Of a DNA stretch of 64,000 nucleotides, positions 15,057-28,803 are shown one piece after another. The stretch covers positions 128,001 through 192,000 of the forward strand of contig CAWFAD010000016.1 of the NCBI GenBank assembly GCA_963813815.1, given 5' to 3'. The notes under the pieces are model-generated. The model had not been told where the DNA came from, ran no database searches, and worked only from the letters and a program-made list of their open reading frames with translations. The first letter of the stretch is position 1; every line of letters starts with the position of its first letter. This DNA comes from an uncultured bacterium (GTDB taxonomy: Bacteria > Krumholzibacteriota > Krumholzibacteriia > Krumholzibacteriales > Krumholzibacteriaceae). The position numbers and the translations under genes are program-made.

Positions 15057-16360
15057 TTTATAACGGGTTCCTTTGCGCGGGATTTCTTCGCGACGCCCGT
15101 CTCGATCGTTCGCTCCTCGACGCCGTCCGCCGATACGGCGGTGACGGGAAGATCGAGCTTGCCGTCAGGCAGGGCGAAGCGGAGGGAGAAGGTGCCGTCG
15201 GGGCGGAGCTTCACTTCCTTCCCCTGCACGGAGACGCGCGCGTCGGGCTCGGTGCCGCCGTAGAGAATGAGCTCGGTCGCGACCCAGAGCCGGAAGGCGC
15301 GCCCCTTCTCCCCGGCCGGCCACGCGCCGCTCCCGAAGCTCGATACGGCGCCGGAGCCGGAGGTGATCTGCTCGAGAAGATGCCGCTCGATGAGCCCGCG
15401 GAGCTCCGCCGAGGCGGCGTGCATGTCGAGCCCGCCCGAGGCGGCGAAGATCTTGTCGAACACGTCGTCGGGGACCATCCACTCCTCGTCGACCCGGTCG
15501 CTCACGCGCGCGCTCGGGGTCTCCACGACGTTCGAGACGGCGACCTGCTCGAAGCGTCCGTCGGGGGAGAGGGCGCCGATCGCGATCTGGTAACGGCGCT
15601 CGGCCGAGACGTTGACGTACCAGTTGCGCGCCTCGTGCGTGACGGTGATGTCGAAGTGCTTTCTCCTCGCCTCCGACAGGTCGTACACGCGGAGCACCAT
15701 GCGGCACTGGGGCCAGATCTCCCCGAAGACGCGCTCGAGCTCGCGGTACTTGTGATCGGTGACTTCCCAGTAGGTGAAGAGCCAGTACGGGTCGCGGACG
15801 AGCGCGGCGATGCGGTCGACGTGGTACGACGAAGGAATTTCGATCGCCTCGACGGGAGGCATGATCCGCTGCTCGGCGCCGAGGAAGTACTTGCCCTCCT
15901 CGGCCATCCGGCGGATCTCCTCCTCCATCGGCCGTTTCGCCTGCGACGCGGGCTTGGCGGCGCCGGGGAGCGGGGGCCGCTCCGGCCTTCGGGCGCGGGT
16001 CCGCGCCGTCCGCTTGGGGGCTGCGGGCTTTTCCGGCGCGGCCGGCTCGGGCGCGCGGACGCGGGATTTCTTGGACTTGGCTCCGGCGACGACCTTCTTC
16101 GCGGCGGCCTTCGCCTTTTCGACGCTCCTCGCGGCGCGGGCCTTTTCCGCGCGCCCCCCGGCGCGCGACGCCTTCGACGCCGTGCCCGCGACGACGCGCT
16201 TTTTCACGGACGCCGCGATGAGGCTCTTGCGCCTCTCCGCCGCGGTTATCGCGTCGATGAGCTCCGCCTTCGACATCATGCTCGTGACCCTGAGACCGTT
16301 CGATTTCGCGAGATCGAGAAGCTCGAGCTTCGTCAGCCGATTCATTTCCTGGGGGGTCAT
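15053..16360 (-). CDS. DUF4912 protein with Rho N-terminal-like domain
   Basis: LTKLELLDLAK...MSKAELIDAI, then LVRDPYWLFTYWE and ELILYGGTEPDA. Confidence 0.85.
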   Translation of the reverse strand: MTPQEMNRLTKLELLDLAKSNGLRVTSMMSKAELIDAITAAERRKSLIAASVKKRVVAGTASKASRAGGRAEKARAARSVEKAKAAAKKVVAGAKSKKSRVRAPEPAAPEKPAAPKRTARTRARRPERPPLPGAAKPASQAKRPMEEEIRRMAEEGKYFLGAEQRIMPPVEAIEIPSSYHVDRIAALVRDPYWLFTYWEVTDHKYRELERVFGEIWPQCRMVLRVYDLSEARRKHFDITVTHEARNWYVNVSAERRYQIAIGALSPDGRFEQVAVSNVVETPSARVSDRVDEEWMVPDDVFDKIFAASGGLDMHAASAELRGLIERHLLEQITSGSGAVSSFGSGAWPAGEKGRAFRLWVATELILYGGTEPDARVSVQGKEVKLRPDGTFSLRFALPDGKLDLPVTAVSADGVEERTIETGVAKKSRAKEPVIK

Positions 16361-16592
16361 TTCGGTCCGCTCCTTGTTTCGTGCCGCATTAACATAAATA
16401 CGGGCAAACGCGCGAATGTCAAGGCTTATTAGCCCGGACGAGATTCTGATTGAATTGCAACTCGTTTTGTGATAGCATGTTCGTGCGGCGGTCGAATAAA
16501 GCCCCACATTTTTCGACATCAAGCAAAAACCATAGCCATATGGCGGCCTGTTCGGCCGGCGCGCGATGTTGGCATATCATCGAAGGGGGGCG

Positions 16593-19500
16593 ATGGATAT
16601 GAAACGTTTCGTGTTTTCGGCCATTCTCTCCGCGTCGTTCGCCGCGCTTGCGGCCATGCCGGCGGACGCGCGCGAGGTCTCCCGGCCGCAGATCCAGCTC
16701 GAGCGGGCGCCGGCGGCCGAGGAATCCCTTGAGCTCGCCGAACCCGGCCTTCTCGGGCTCTACCAAGAGGCGGCGGTCGATACCTACTGCATCGTCTGGT
16801 ACGACTTCGAGCTCATGGACTGGCAGGGCTGGACGCGCGTGGACAAGACGGCGCAGCCCGACACCTTCTTCCACGTCGACGATTTCGCGGGGATCGCCGG
16901 GCCCGATTTCAGACCGATCGAGGGCGATCAATCGATGTGGTGCGGCGCCGGCGCCGACTCCTTGCGATCCGTATATGTGCCGATGGGCCGAAGCGCCCGG
17001 CTACGGGAACGGTGGGACCAGCGGCTCACGACCGGCCTCTTCGAGCTTCGTCGGAACGATCACGCTCTCGTACCATATCGTCTGGGACAGCGAGCAGGAA
17101 TACGATTTCACCTGCGTCGAGTACGACGCCGGAGGCGGCGACTGGCAGCGCTTCGGCCTCCTACGACGGCGGAGCGGGAACGACGGCGGCCGAGCACGAG
17201 CTGCTCCTCGCGAGCGGGCGGAACGAGCGATTCGATTCCGCTTCAGCTCGGACGGAGCGTGGAGCGACGCGGACGGCCTCTACGATTCGAGCGGCGGCTG
17301 CATCGTCGACTCGATACGCGTTCGCGACGAGGGAACGTTCGACGATTTCGAGGATTTCGAGGGCGTTCCGGCCGGCTCGTTGAAAGCCGGCATATGGAGC
17401 GCCGAGCCGGGGCCGGGCTTCGGGATGTACTCGGGCCTCGCCTACAATCTGAGGGACCGCGACCCGTGCGGGGACAACTTCGAGAGCCAGATCGTGTTTT
17501 GGATCGGCTCTGACATTCCCAGCCCGGATTATCCGGAGCAATACGTCACGCCCTTCTGCCTCGGGCTCGGCGGCGATGAGGCGCTTTGCCAGCATGAGGC
17601 GGTATATTCGCCTTACATCGACATGGCGAAATACTCGACCGGGTGCGACGAGGCTCAGGACGGCGTCATCCCTCTCGAGGATCTGCCGGAGCTCGGCGGG
17701 TGCCGCCTCGCGTTCACCGTCTATCGCGATCTTCCGCTTGCGAACCTCGTGTTCTACCAGTGGGCCGTGCGGAAAATCGGGGAGGACGGATGTCCGGGGC
17801 CGTGGCAGGACTTTGATTTCACCTACTACGGGACGGATGGCGTTTACCTGCAATCGAGCTACGACGTGAGCGGATATATCGGCGGGAACGATCCCGTCCA
17901 GATCAGCTTCGGCATCATCGACCTGTGCGACGCATGGTACCTGTACTACGGAGACTGCTCCGAGCATACCAGCACTCCCTATTTCGACAACGTGCGGCTC
18001 TATCGATATGAGACCTCGGGCCCGCAGTGGACGTACCGCGACAGGAATCTCTTTCAGGATAACTTTCCCGAGCAGGAGTACAATCTCGAGAGCGCCGTGC
18101 GCGCCGACGCCGCCCTCGACATCAATTCCTACCTCGATCCGGTAATCCGGCCGGGGGATTCGGTCGTCGTCACCTGCGCGTCTCTTCTCGGCGGCGGCAT
18201 CGCGCTCGATCCGGCGCTCGGCGGCCCCGCGGTGTACCTCCACGTGAAGGCCTCGTACATCGGGCCGGCGCCGGAGAAGCCGAATCTCTACGGCCCGGCG
18301 CTCGCCGGATCGGTCCAGTCCGGCCCCGCCACTATCGGTTTCAACTATGTGAGCGACGACGGCGCGTGGACCGTGATTCAATGCGACAGCGCGCGAACGC
18401 GGGCTGTCGTCGTCGGGGACGTCTACATGGTCGATCTCGCCGACGATCTCTTCACGCGAGGCTACGAGGTGGAGTACTACTTTACGGCGAGGGACGCCGC
18501 GGGCCGCGAGTCGGCGCTTCCGCGATACGCGCGCACCGGACCGCCGTACTTCGAGTGGACGGCGCTCCCGACGCTCGCGAGCGAGGTGCTGTTCGTCGAC
18601 GATTCCCGGTATTCGACGGCGAGCCCGGGGCCGAGCCCTGCGGAGCTCTACTGGAGCTACGCCCTGAGCGGCTTTCTCGAAGCTCCCCCCGACCGGTATC
18701 ACGTGATCGCCGCCGCCTCGGCCCTGTCGAACGGCCCGGGGAGCAGAGCGAAGGACTACCAGCTCACGCAGGCGTATAAAGTCATTGTCTGGGAGTGCGG
18801 CGATCAGGACGCCTGCACGATCAGCGACGGCACGAGGGAGAGCGACAAGAGCAACGATTGCCGGATGCTCGTCAACTGGATGTATCTCTCGGAGCACTCG
18901 TGCGGCCTCTGGATCTGCGGAGACGAGGTCGCGAGCGATCTCGACGATCTGTCGAGCCCGGACGCCGCGAGCCTTATGAACATTTGGTGCGGCGTCGACC
19001 GTATCAATCCCAGCTACTTCGATCTCACGGGCGGCTTGTCCGGGGGTACCGTGACGCCCCTCGTGACGGGCTCTTCGGACCTCGGGCTTTACAGCCATTA
19101 CGGAACGCCGGATGATTGCTGGCTGTTCGGCGGCTGCCCGCTCATCAACGGTTTCGACGTTCTCGAGAAGACCTCGAACGGGAAGTACGCGCTCGATTAT
19201 CCGGACTACGAGGGCAATCCATACCATGCCGCCATTGCGTCGGAAACGGTGAATTCCAACGCCTATCCCGTGCGCACGATGTGGTTCGGTTTCAGCTACC
19301 AGTACATCCGGAGCGATGATTTGAGGAGCCCCATCGATCGGGTAGAGATAGCGCGGGACACGTTTCTGTGGATGCAGATGCTCATCTATACGGGCGAGGA
19401 AGGCGCAATCCCCTCGGCATACCGCCTCGCGCAAAACTTCCCGAACCCGTTCAATCCCGCGACGGCGATCCGGTACGACGTTCGCGAAAAGGGGCTCGTC

Positions 19501-19692
19501 TCGATCCGGATATACGACGTTTCGGGCCGGCTCGTGCGGACGCTCGTGAACGATGTCAAGGAGGCGGGAAGCTGGACGGCGGCCTGGGACGGCAAGAACG
19601 ACGCCGGCGCGCCGGCCGCGAGCGGAATCTATTTCTGCAAAATGCGTGCGGGCGAGTTCGAGGCGACACGCAAGCTCGTGATGCTGCGGTGA
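16593..19692 (+). CDS. Large secreted acidic, Cys-rich protein with FlgD-Ig/T9SS-like C-terminus; several frameshifts at about 16960-17230
   Basis: Signal peptide MKRFVFSAILSASFAALAAMPADA. Plausible segments are spread over three frames. Ends QNFPNPFNP...RKLVMLR. Confidence 0.75.
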
Positions 19693-19707
19693 GCGCGCGC
19701 CCGCGCG

Positions 19708-20976
19708 TCAGAGGTGCAGGTTTAAAATCGGGAGGACGCGGAGTCCCCGGCGGTTGTTTCTCGCGACGTTGAGGAGTCCGAGCTGGAATCCCTTGAGCTC
19801 GCGGGCGTAGTTCACGATCCCGATCGAGAGGCCCGTCAGCGGGCCGTCGATCGAGTTGAGCGTCGCGATCGAGATCCCTTCGAGCTCGCGCGCCCTGACC
19901 ACGAGCCCGGCGGCCGCGGCGCCGCGTATCCGGTCGGCGCGGACGATGAGCCCTGAAATCCCGACACCCTCGAGCGCTTCCTCGGCCCGAATGTCCATGC
20001 CGTGCAGCGCCACCCAGCGCACGTTTCTTCCCTGAATTCCGGCGAGCGAGAAGTCGAAGTCGATGCTGCGGCCGGATCCATCGCCGTCGTTTCGCGAGGT
20101 CTGAACACCGAAGAGCCCGATGGCGCCGATCGCGACGCCGCTTATATCGCCTTCCGAGACGACGCCCCCGAGACTCGCGGCGACTCCGGTTACGCCCCGC
20201 TCGCCGATTACGGCGATTCCGGCGGCCGAAATGCCCGCGAGAGTCCGCTCGGCGACCGAGGCGAGCCCCGCGATCGATATGCCCGCGAAGTCTCGCTCCG
20301 CGACCGAGGCGAGGCCCCCGATCGATATCCCCGCGAAATCTCCCTCGGCGACCGAAGCGAGGCCCCCGATCGATATCCCCGCGAAATCTCCCTCGGCGAC
20401 CGAGGCGAGCCCGCCGATCGATATGCCGCTGAAATCCCCTTCGCAGACGCCCGCGAGTCCTCCGGCAAGGATGCCGGAGGCGTCTCCGCCCGCCGCCGCG
20501 GCCAGTCCGCCGATCGATATGCCAGCGAGGCGGCCGTCGGCGACGCTCGCGAGCCCCCCGATAACGATGCCGGCCGCGTCCCCGTCGCTCACCGCGGCGA
20601 GCCCGCCGACGGCGACACCGGAGAGGTTCGATTCGCTGACGACCGCGAGGCCGCCGAGAGAGACGCCCCGCAAGCTGGAGGCGGCCGGGCCGATGAGACC
20701 CACCATGAGCCCGCGCATCACGGCGTCGGGATTTCGCTCGGGTTTCCAGAAGGTGACGTTGACGCCGTTTATCTCCTCGACTCGGTCGTCGACGAGGTTC
20801 AGTCTCAACCCGTTGAAGCGCCGCGAGTTGCCGAAGCTGACCCCCGTGTTGTTCACCGCGAGGTCGAGGCTGCAGCCGCCCGTGCATTGTCCGTTTTCGT
20901 CGGGGGCCGCGAAGGCGCTCGAAGCGCAGCAAAGGGCACCGATCAAGATGGCGGGAAGCGACAGGGCTCTTTTCAT
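19708..20976 (-). CDS. Secreted repeat protein (LA_2272-like beta-solenoid) with 16-aa repeats
   Basis: Signal peptide; GISIGGLASVAEGDFA repeats; C-terminal GFQLGLLN...LPILNLHL. Confidence 0.8.
   Translation of the reverse strand: MKRALSLPAILIGALCCASSAFAAPDENGQCTGGCSLDLAVNNTGVSFGNSRRFNGLRLNLVDDRVEEINGVNVTFWKPERNPDAVMRGLMVGLIGPAASSLRGVSLGGLAVVSESNLSGVAVGGLAAVSDGDAAGIVIGGLASVADGRLAGISIGGLAAAAGGDASGILAGGLAGVCEGDFSGISIGGLASVAEGDFAGISIGGLASVAEGDFAGISIGGLASVAERDFAGISIAGLASVAERTLAGISAAGIAVIGERGVTGVAASLGGVVSEGDISGVAIGAIGLFGVQTSRNDGDGSGRSIDFDFSLAGIQGRNVRWVALHGMDIRAEEALEGVGISGLIVRADRIRGAAAAGLVVRARELEGISIATLNSIDGPLTGLSIGIVNYARELKGFQLGLLNVARNNRRGLRVLPILNLHL
20225..20660. repeat. 48-bp coding tandem repeat
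   Basis: CGATCGATAT recurs at 20271, 20319, 20367, 20415 and 20511. Confidence 0.85.
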
Positions 20977-21183
20977 GCGAAGCACCTCCGGCGAAGCTCT
21001 CCCTCGAGCGAAACTATATGAGATGGGCTACGCAAAGCATACGAAATTTCGAGAATATGGTTCCGCGACGGGTCCGCCATCGAAGCAAAAATCTGTTTCG
21101 CGAGGGGTCGAATGGGCGTAGTCTTCGGGAGGGGATCCCGCTCTCTCTGCCGGCCGCGGCAGGTTCAAAAGGAGGGGTTATCA

Positions 21184-22482
21184 ATGAAAAGGCTCATTGC
21201 GCTCGCGCTCTTGCCGTTTCTCTGCTCGTGCGGCGAAGACGGGACCGGCGCGATCGGCGACACGCCGCAGGTCACCGGCGACTACATCGTCCTCGCGTGG
21301 AACGACCTCGGCATGCACTGTCTCAACCCGACCTATAATCAGCTCGTCGTTCTCCCTCCGTACAACACGCTCTGGGCGCAAGTGATCCAGCGCGGCGCTC
21401 CGCCCCGCGTCGTTACGGCGGGGGTCGCGGTCGAATACCGGATCGTCGACAACACGACGTCGTACCCGAAGGCGCATTACGGGCAGTTCTGGCAATACGG
21501 CGTGCAGCTCTTCGGATCGATCTTCGGCATCACGGAGCTTCCGCTCGACGTCGGCCTCAAGGGCGCGGGGCTCGCCGGCGCGATGGAGCCCTCGAGCGGC
21601 TATTTCGTCGTCGAGGGGATCCCCGTCGTGCCGATCTACGACAGCAACGGCTCGTGGGATCCCTATCAGGTGGCCGAGATCGTCGTGAAGGACGCGGACG
21701 GAGTGGAGATCGCGAAGACGCGAACGACCGTGCCGACGTCCGAGGAGATGAAGTGCAGCCGCTGCCACGGCGACGCGGCCTTTCTCGACATTCTCTCGAA
21801 GCATGACTCGGAGAACGGCACGAGCCTCTCGGCGGCCCAGCCCGTGCTCTGTCAGGGGTGCCACGGCGATCCCGCGCTCGGGCTCATGAGCGCGGGCACC
21901 TCGGGCGTTTATCTATCGAAGGCGATACATGAGGCGCACGCCGATCGAGGCGCCGCGTGCTACGACTGCCATCCCGGTCCCATCACGCGCTGCAGCAGAA
22001 GCCTCAGGCACACCACGGATGACGGGTACTGCGTCAACTGCCACGGCACGATCGCGGCCGTCGCGAGCTCCATCCCGACGCCGCGCCTTCCGTGGGTGAA
22101 CGAGCCGAACTGCTCGAAATGCCACTCGAGCGCCATCCCGGACGTGAACACGGGGGACGTCCTCTACCGCAACGCCATGGGACACGGAAATCTCTACTGC
22201 GCCGCGTGCCACGGGAGCCCGCACGCGATGATCCCGTCGCGCGAGAGCGCGGACAACTACCAGTCACGGCAATATCAGGGGTTCACGTCGACGGTGAAGA
22301 GCCTCGGGAGCTGCGGCGTTTGCCACGAGAGCTCCCGCGGCGCCGACGAGATCGCCGAGTTCGATGAAAAACACGGGAGCTCGAGCCCGAAGGTCTACAT
22401 CGGCTGCCACATGTGCCATTCGTCCGTGCCGGCGAACACCCTGCAGTGGCCGCACGGGTACCAGTGGCACAACACCAACTGA
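21184..22482 (+). CDS. Octaheme c-type cytochrome lipoprotein
   Basis: Lipobox FLCS-C; eight CxxCH motifs (CSRCH, CQGCH, CYDCH, CVNCH, CSKCH, CAACH, CGVCH, CHMCH); WNDLGMHC motif. Confidence 0.9.
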   Translation: MKRLIALALLPFLCSCGEDGTGAIGDTPQVTGDYIVLAWNDLGMHCLNPTYNQLVVLPPYNTLWAQVIQRGAPPRVVTAGVAVEYRIVDNTTSYPKAHYGQFWQYGVQLFGSIFGITELPLDVGLKGAGLAGAMEPSSGYFVVEGIPVVPIYDSNGSWDPYQVAEIVVKDADGVEIAKTRTTVPTSEEMKCSRCHGDAAFLDILSKHDSENGTSLSAAQPVLCQGCHGDPALGLMSAGTSGVYLSKAIHEAHADRGAACYDCHPGPITRCSRSLRHTTDDGYCVNCHGTIAAVASSIPTPRLPWVNEPNCSKCHSSAIPDVNTGDVLYRNAMGHGNLYCAACHGSPHAMIPSRESADNYQSRQYQGFTSTVKSLGSCGVCHESSRGADEIAEFDEKHGSSSPKVYIGCHMCHSSVPANTLQWPHGYQWHNTN

Positions 22483-22519
22483 CGCCGCCGCAGGGCGGAC
22501 GATAGGGCCGAAATGCAAA

Positions 22520-22550
22520 GCGAGCCGGAGCTCGAAAAGCTCCGGCTCGC
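22520..22550. terminator. Hairpin between convergent genes
   Basis: 13-bp perfect stem GCGAGCCGGAGCT/AGCTCCGGCTCGC. Confidence 0.65.
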
Positions 22551-22577
22551 CCGTTTCTCTCGCCGTCGCGCGCGCGA

Positions 22578-23108
22578 TTACTGCGCGGGGGGAGGCGGCG
22601 GAACGAGGACGGCGTCGATGACGTGAATGACGCCGTTCTTCGCTTCGATATCGGTGGCGATGACGATGGCGCCGCCGTTGAGGGAAATGGTTCCCTCCGG
22701 CGTCATCGCGATGGTGAACTCGGGACCGAGCGCCGTTGCGGAGCCCGTGAGCTTCACCACGTCGGCGGCCATGATCTTGCCCGGGACCACGTGATACAGA
22801 AGAATGTTCTTGAGCTGCGGAACGTCGGCGATGAGGCCGTCGAGCGCCCCCGGCGCGAGCTTCGCGAACGCCTCTTCCGTCGGAGCGAACACGGTGAAGG
22901 GACCCTCGCCCTTCAGAGTCTCGACGAGGCCCGCGGCCTCGATGGCCTTCACGAGAGTCGTGAACCGGCCGTCCGCCGTGACGACTTCAACGATGTCGCC
23001 CGGCGTCGTCACTACCGCCTCTTCCTTCGGCGCTTCTTCCTTCTTGCTGCAGTAGAGGAACGAAGCGCAGAGGAGGAGACAGAGAGCGACGGTCAAAAGC
23101 TTCTTCAT
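22578..23108 (-). CDS. Fasciclin (FAS1) domain lipoprotein
   Basis: [22 protein letters not shown] and [11 protein letters not shown]. Confidence 0.92.
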   Translation of the reverse strand: MKKLLTVALCLLLCASFLYCSKKEEAPKEEAVVTTPGDIVEVVTADGRFTTLVKAIEAAGLVETLKGEGPFTVFAPTEEAFAKLAPGALDGLIADVPQLKNILLYHVVPGKIMAADVVKLTGSATALGPEFTIAMTPEGTISLNGGAIVIATDIEAKNGVIHVIDAVLVPPPPPAQ

Positions 23109-23188
23109 CAGGCACCTCCTTTGATTCGCCTTGCCTTGAAAATTAGGAGGGAATGTTAAGACTCGCCCGCGAAAATGCAAGATATTTT

Positions 23189-25702
23189 TTACCAAGGGCC
23201 GTCCTTGAGCTCGGGGCGCTCTATGACGGGCAGGAGCACGTGGGAAGGATGCTCCGCGTCGTGATAGATGCGCTGCTCCGCCCGAACGTGCTTCGTGCTC
23301 TTCTCGTTGTGCTTGCCGGTATTGAGGTTACGGGAAAAGGTCGGGAAGGCGGCCGAGGCGACCTCGACGCGGAGCTTCCTGCCCCGCGGGATCATGATGC
23401 CCGTTTGCCAGAGGTCGAGGCGGTACTCGCAGATTTCGCCCGGCCGCAGCAGCTTCGGTTTCGAGAACGATTCGCGGAAGCGAGCCCGGATCGTGCCGTG
23501 AACGAGCGGGAAGACGTTTCCCTTCTCGTCGATCTCCGAGAGACGCATGAACCAGTCGGTGTCCTTCGCCGAGGAGCTCGCGTAGAGAACGGCCGAGACG
23601 GGGCCCGCGATGACGAGCGAGTCGGTGAGCGGCTCGGTGTCGTACACGAGGATGTCGCGGCGCGTCTCGTCGATCGTGCGGTAGTAGCGAAGCGACGCGC
23701 TCCCGCTCCGCCTCCGTCGAGATGGCCGTCGTCGAGTCGCGGGCGCCCTCCGGCGGCGAGGTCGCTTTCGTCCGTGTAGAAGCCCGGATCGGGCGTCGGA
23801 TCGCCGGGATCGTAGACGAACGTGTCGAACGGCGCGACCCCGGGGAAGGGCGCGTCGAAGCCGAGCCAGCCGTTTCCCTTCGAGGTGTTCGCCGAGCCGC
23901 TGCTCAGGAGATGCAGCCGGGTGAATTTCGTTTCCGGGAGCGGGTAGTCGGGGCCCGTGATCCAGCGGTTCGCGTTCATCACGAAGAGCGCGACCGAGCG
24001 GCTCGCGGTCGACGCCGTTGTCGATCGCCCTTGAGCCAGCGGTCGAGCCAGCGCAGGTAGCTCGCCTCGAGATCGACGTGGCGTTCGGGCCGAAGTCTCG
24101 CTCTCCGGGGCCCATGCGCGTCGCCGCGTCCGTGTGTCCCCACGGGCCGAGCACGAGCTTTTGCCCGCCGTGGCCCGCCTCGCGCATCGCGAGGTAGTTG
24201 AGCTTCGAGCCGATCCCGTCCCCGTCGAACCATCCCGATTGATGATAGACGGGCACCGCGGCGCCGCCGAGCCGCGAGAGGAAGCTCGCGCGCTGCCAGT
24301 ACGCGTCGTTCGCGGGGTGGTCGATCCACTCGCGCCAGTACTTGTTCTTCTTGCCGAGGACCTTTTTGTCGAGATCGATCACGGGAAGGCCGCGGAGGAG
24401 CTTCGCGTAGTTCTTGTCGCCGATCTCGGAGAGGGCCTTGCCGGAGAGGTCCGCGGTCGCCTCCTTCTCGAGCACGTCGGCCCACCAGATCGCCCCGAGG
24501 AGGAAGAACGAGCCGTATTCGTAGGGGATGTTGAACCACGGATCGGGAGGCGCCACGTTCGGAATGATCGCGGCGAGATGCGGCGGCGCCTCGCGAGCCG
24601 CCCACCACTGCACCCAGCCGAGGTACGAGCCGCCGATCATTCCCACCTTGCCGCTCGACCAGGGCCGCTCCGCGAGCCATTCGATCGTGTCGTACCCGTC
24701 GTGGGGCTCGTCGAAGAAGGGGTTCCAGGTCCCCTCCGAGTCGAATCGCCCGCGGCAGTCCTGCACGGCGAACGCGTAGCCGCGCCTCGCGTAGAAGCGC
24801 GCCTTGAGCTCCTGCATGCTTCTCGCGTAGGGCGTGCGGATGAGGATGACGGGGGCGCGCTCGACGCCGAGCGGGCGGTAGATGTCCGTCGCGAGCCTCA
24901 CGCCGTCGCGCATGGGGATCATGACGCCCCGCTCGACCTCGACGTCGTGCTCCGGCTTCGAGAGGAGCGAATCCTCGGACGGCGCGAGACGAAGGATTTC
25001 GTACCCGTCCCGGACGTAGGCGGCGCGCTGCGCCGGCACGTCGGCGAGGCAGATTCTTCCGGCGGCGTCCGCCCAGATCGTGATGTCGACGCCGGGAAGG
25101 CCGTACCGGTAGACGGTGAAGGTCTCGAGCCGGCCGCCGAAGAAGCGCTCCGCCGTCTCGAGTCGCTCGAGGGTCGCGTCCATGAGGAGGGCCGGCACTA
25201 TGAAAACGGGGATCGTCTGCGAGCCGCCCCTCTCGCCGTCGTACGCGGCGACCGCCTGACTCATGAGGGCGGGCGTGTTGTTCTCGAAGAGAACGGTCCC
25301 GGGCTTGAGCGCGACGGTGCGGGATTGCCCCTGCGAAGCGACGGTCGCGGTCAGGCCTTCGCGGACGACCGTCACGTCGCCGCGCGGGCTCGCGATCGCG
25401 ATCTTCGTCCAGAGGCCGAGCGAGTCGACCTCGATCCCCATCGAGGCCGAGACGGTCTGCCCGCCGAGCGAGATCGCGTACTCGTTCGTCATGGCTCCGC
25501 CGGGGAGCCATTTCGTGTCGATCCGCACGAGGGACTCCTCGTTGACGTAAATGGCGAACCTGCCGACGTCCTCGAGAATGTTCAGCGGGAACACCGCTCC
25601 CGAAAGGGTGTCGGCGCCCGAGGCGGCGAGCGTCCGGGCGGCGGAGGCCGGAACGAGGAGCGACAGGGCCGCCGCCGCGGCGAGCGAGAGGATTCTCTTC
25701 AT
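23189..25702 (-). CDS. CocE/NonD-family serine hydrolase with N-terminal extension; compensating frameshifts at about 23690-24080
   Basis: [28 protein letters not shown] and GPWGH. Segments [11 protein letters not shown] and YDPGDPTP are in other frames. Confidence 0.88.
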   Translation of the reverse strand: MKRILSLAAAAALSLLVPASAARTLAASGADTLSGAVFPLNILEDVGRFAIYVNEESLVRIDTKWLPGGAMTNEYAISLGGQTVSASMGIEVDSLGLWTKIAIASPRGDVTVVREGLTATVASQGQSRTVALKPGTVLFENNTPALMSQAVAAYDGERGGSQTIPVFIVPALLMDATLERLETAERFFGGRLETFTVYRYGLPGVDITIWADAAGRICLADVPAQRAAYVRDGYEILRLAPSEDSLLSKPEHDVEVERGVMIPMRDGVRLATDIYRPLGVERAPVILIRTPYARSMQELKARFYARRGYAFAVQDCRGRFDSEGTWNPFFDEPHDGYDTIEWLAERPWSSGKVGMIGGSYLGWVQWWAAREAPPHLAAIIPNVAPPDPWFNIPYEYGSFFLLGAIWWADVLEKEATADLSGKALSEIGDKNYAKLLRGLPVIDLDKKVLGKKNKYWREWIDHPANDAYWQRASFLSRLGGAAVPVYHQSGWFDGDGIGSKLNYLAMREAGHGGQKLVLGPWGHTDAATRMGPGERDFGPNATSISRRATCAGSTAGSRAIDNGVDREPLGRALRDEREPLDHGPRLPAPGNEIHPAASPEQRLGEHLEGKRLARLRRALPRGRAVRHVRLRSRRSDARSGLLHGRKRPRRRRAPATRRRPSRRRRSGSASLRYYRTIDETRRDILVYDTEPLTDSLVIAGPVSAVLYASSSAKDTDWFMRLSEIDEKGNVFPLVHGTIRARFRESFSKPKLLRPGEICEYRLDLWQTGIMIPRGRKLRVEVASAAFPTFSRNLNTGKHNEKSTKHVRAEQRIYHDAEHPSHVLLPVIERPELKDGPW

Positions 25703-25874
25703 TCTCCACAACTCCTTTGTCGAGACCGGGTTTGTTTGCGGCATTACAGCGCGCCGGGGCCGTTCATTCGATTCGCGCCCGGAGCCGGATTTTCCGATTG
25801 ACGGCGCCGGGTTAATGGGTATATTTTACACACTCTTGACGCTGTAACAAATTATATATCGGAGGCGAGGGAAC

Positions 25875-27599
<1,725 letters not shown>

Positions 27600-27617
27600 C
27601 GTGAGAACGAGGAGAGA

Positions 27618-28796
27618 TTGATGCGATTCTTCCAGAAGACCAATATCGACTTCGTCGGCTTCCGGTACAAAGCCTTCATCCTGTCGGCGGTCGTCATCGC
27701 CGCCGGCCTCGTCTCCATGATCGCGAAGGGCGGCCTCAAGCTCGGCGTCGATTTCGTCGGAGGCACGATCATTCAGATGCGCTTCGACGAGCCGGTCCCG
27801 ATCGCCGATATGCGGGAGGTCATGACGCGCGCCGGATACGCCAAGGCCGAGATACAGGAGTTCGGCGACGACAACGAGTTCATCATCAGGATCGAGAGCG
27901 TCGGCGAGGCGGCGGACGCCTCGGCGCTCATCGGCGAGTGGCTCGCCGCGGCCGCGCCCGGACGCAACTGGCGCGTCGTCTCCTCCCGCGAGCAGGCGCC
28001 CGATCCCGCCATGAATTTCGACGGGGCGACGCTCGTCGTGGTCGAGGCCGACTCGCTTCCGGCGCTCGACGGCCTCGTCGAGGCGCTCCGGAGCGCCGGG
28101 CACGGCGTGCTCGACGCGACGTCGGAGACCTCGACGCGCGCGGCGTTCCGCCTCCCGCTCCTCGGGGCCGAGGCGAAGGTGGCCGACGAGATCAAGGCCG
28201 AGCTCGCCAAGGAGTTTCCCGAACGGGCGATCGAGGTCAGACGGACCGAAACCGTGGGCCCGAAGATCGGCAAGGAGCTCGCCAACCGCGCCTGGGCCGC
28301 GATCGTCGTCTCGCTCTTCGGCATCCTCGTGTACGTGTCGTGGCGGTTCGAGTTCAAGTTCGCGATCGGCGCGATCATCGCGCTCGCGCACGACGTGCTC
28401 GTGACCGTGGGCATTTTCTCGATCCTCAACAAAGAAATCTCGCTCGTCATCGTGGCGGCGCTGCTCACGATCGTCGGGTATTCGATCAACGACACGATCG
28501 TCGTGTTCGACCGCATTCGCGAGAACTTCGGCCTTCGGCGCCGCGAGTCGTACGAGGGGATGATCAACGTCTCGGTTAACGAAACCCTGAGCCGCACGAT
28601 CATCACGGCGGGCACGACCCTGCTCGCGGTGATATTTCTCCTCGTCTTCGGCGGCGAGGTCATCCACGATTTCGCGCTCGCCATGACGATCGGGCTCGTC
28701 ACCGGAACGTATTCGTCGGTCTTCATCGCGAGCGCGCTCGTCGTCGAGTGGCAGAACCGCATCACGATGCGCCGCAAGGCGGTGCCGGCGGCGTAG
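27618..28796 (+). CDS. secF: Protein translocase subunit SecF
   Basis: GVDFVGG, VGPKIG, HDVL and GYSINDTIVVFDRIRE. Confidence 0.96.
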   Translation: MMRFFQKTNIDFVGFRYKAFILSAVVIAAGLVSMIAKGGLKLGVDFVGGTIIQMRFDEPVPIADMREVMTRAGYAKAEIQEFGDDNEFIIRIESVGEAADASALIGEWLAAAAPGRNWRVVSSREQAPDPAMNFDGATLVVVEADSLPALDGLVEALRSAGHGVLDATSETSTRAAFRLPLLGAEAKVADEIKAELAKEFPERAIEVRRTETVGPKIGKELANRAWAAIVVSLFGILVYVSWRFEFKFAIGAIIALAHDVLVTVGIFSILNKEISLVIVAALLTIVGYSINDTIVVFDRIRENFGLRRRESYEGMINVSVNETLSRTIITAGTTLLAVIFLLVFGGEVIHDFALAMTIGLVTGTYSSVFIASALVVEWQNRITMRRKAVPAA

Positions 28797-28803
28797 GAGC
28801 CGG

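Noticed and set aside
21015..21080. c-di-GMP-I riboswitch (ACGCAAAGC)
   Set aside because: The upstream GGCAAA/GNRA stem and downstream pairing are not convincing.
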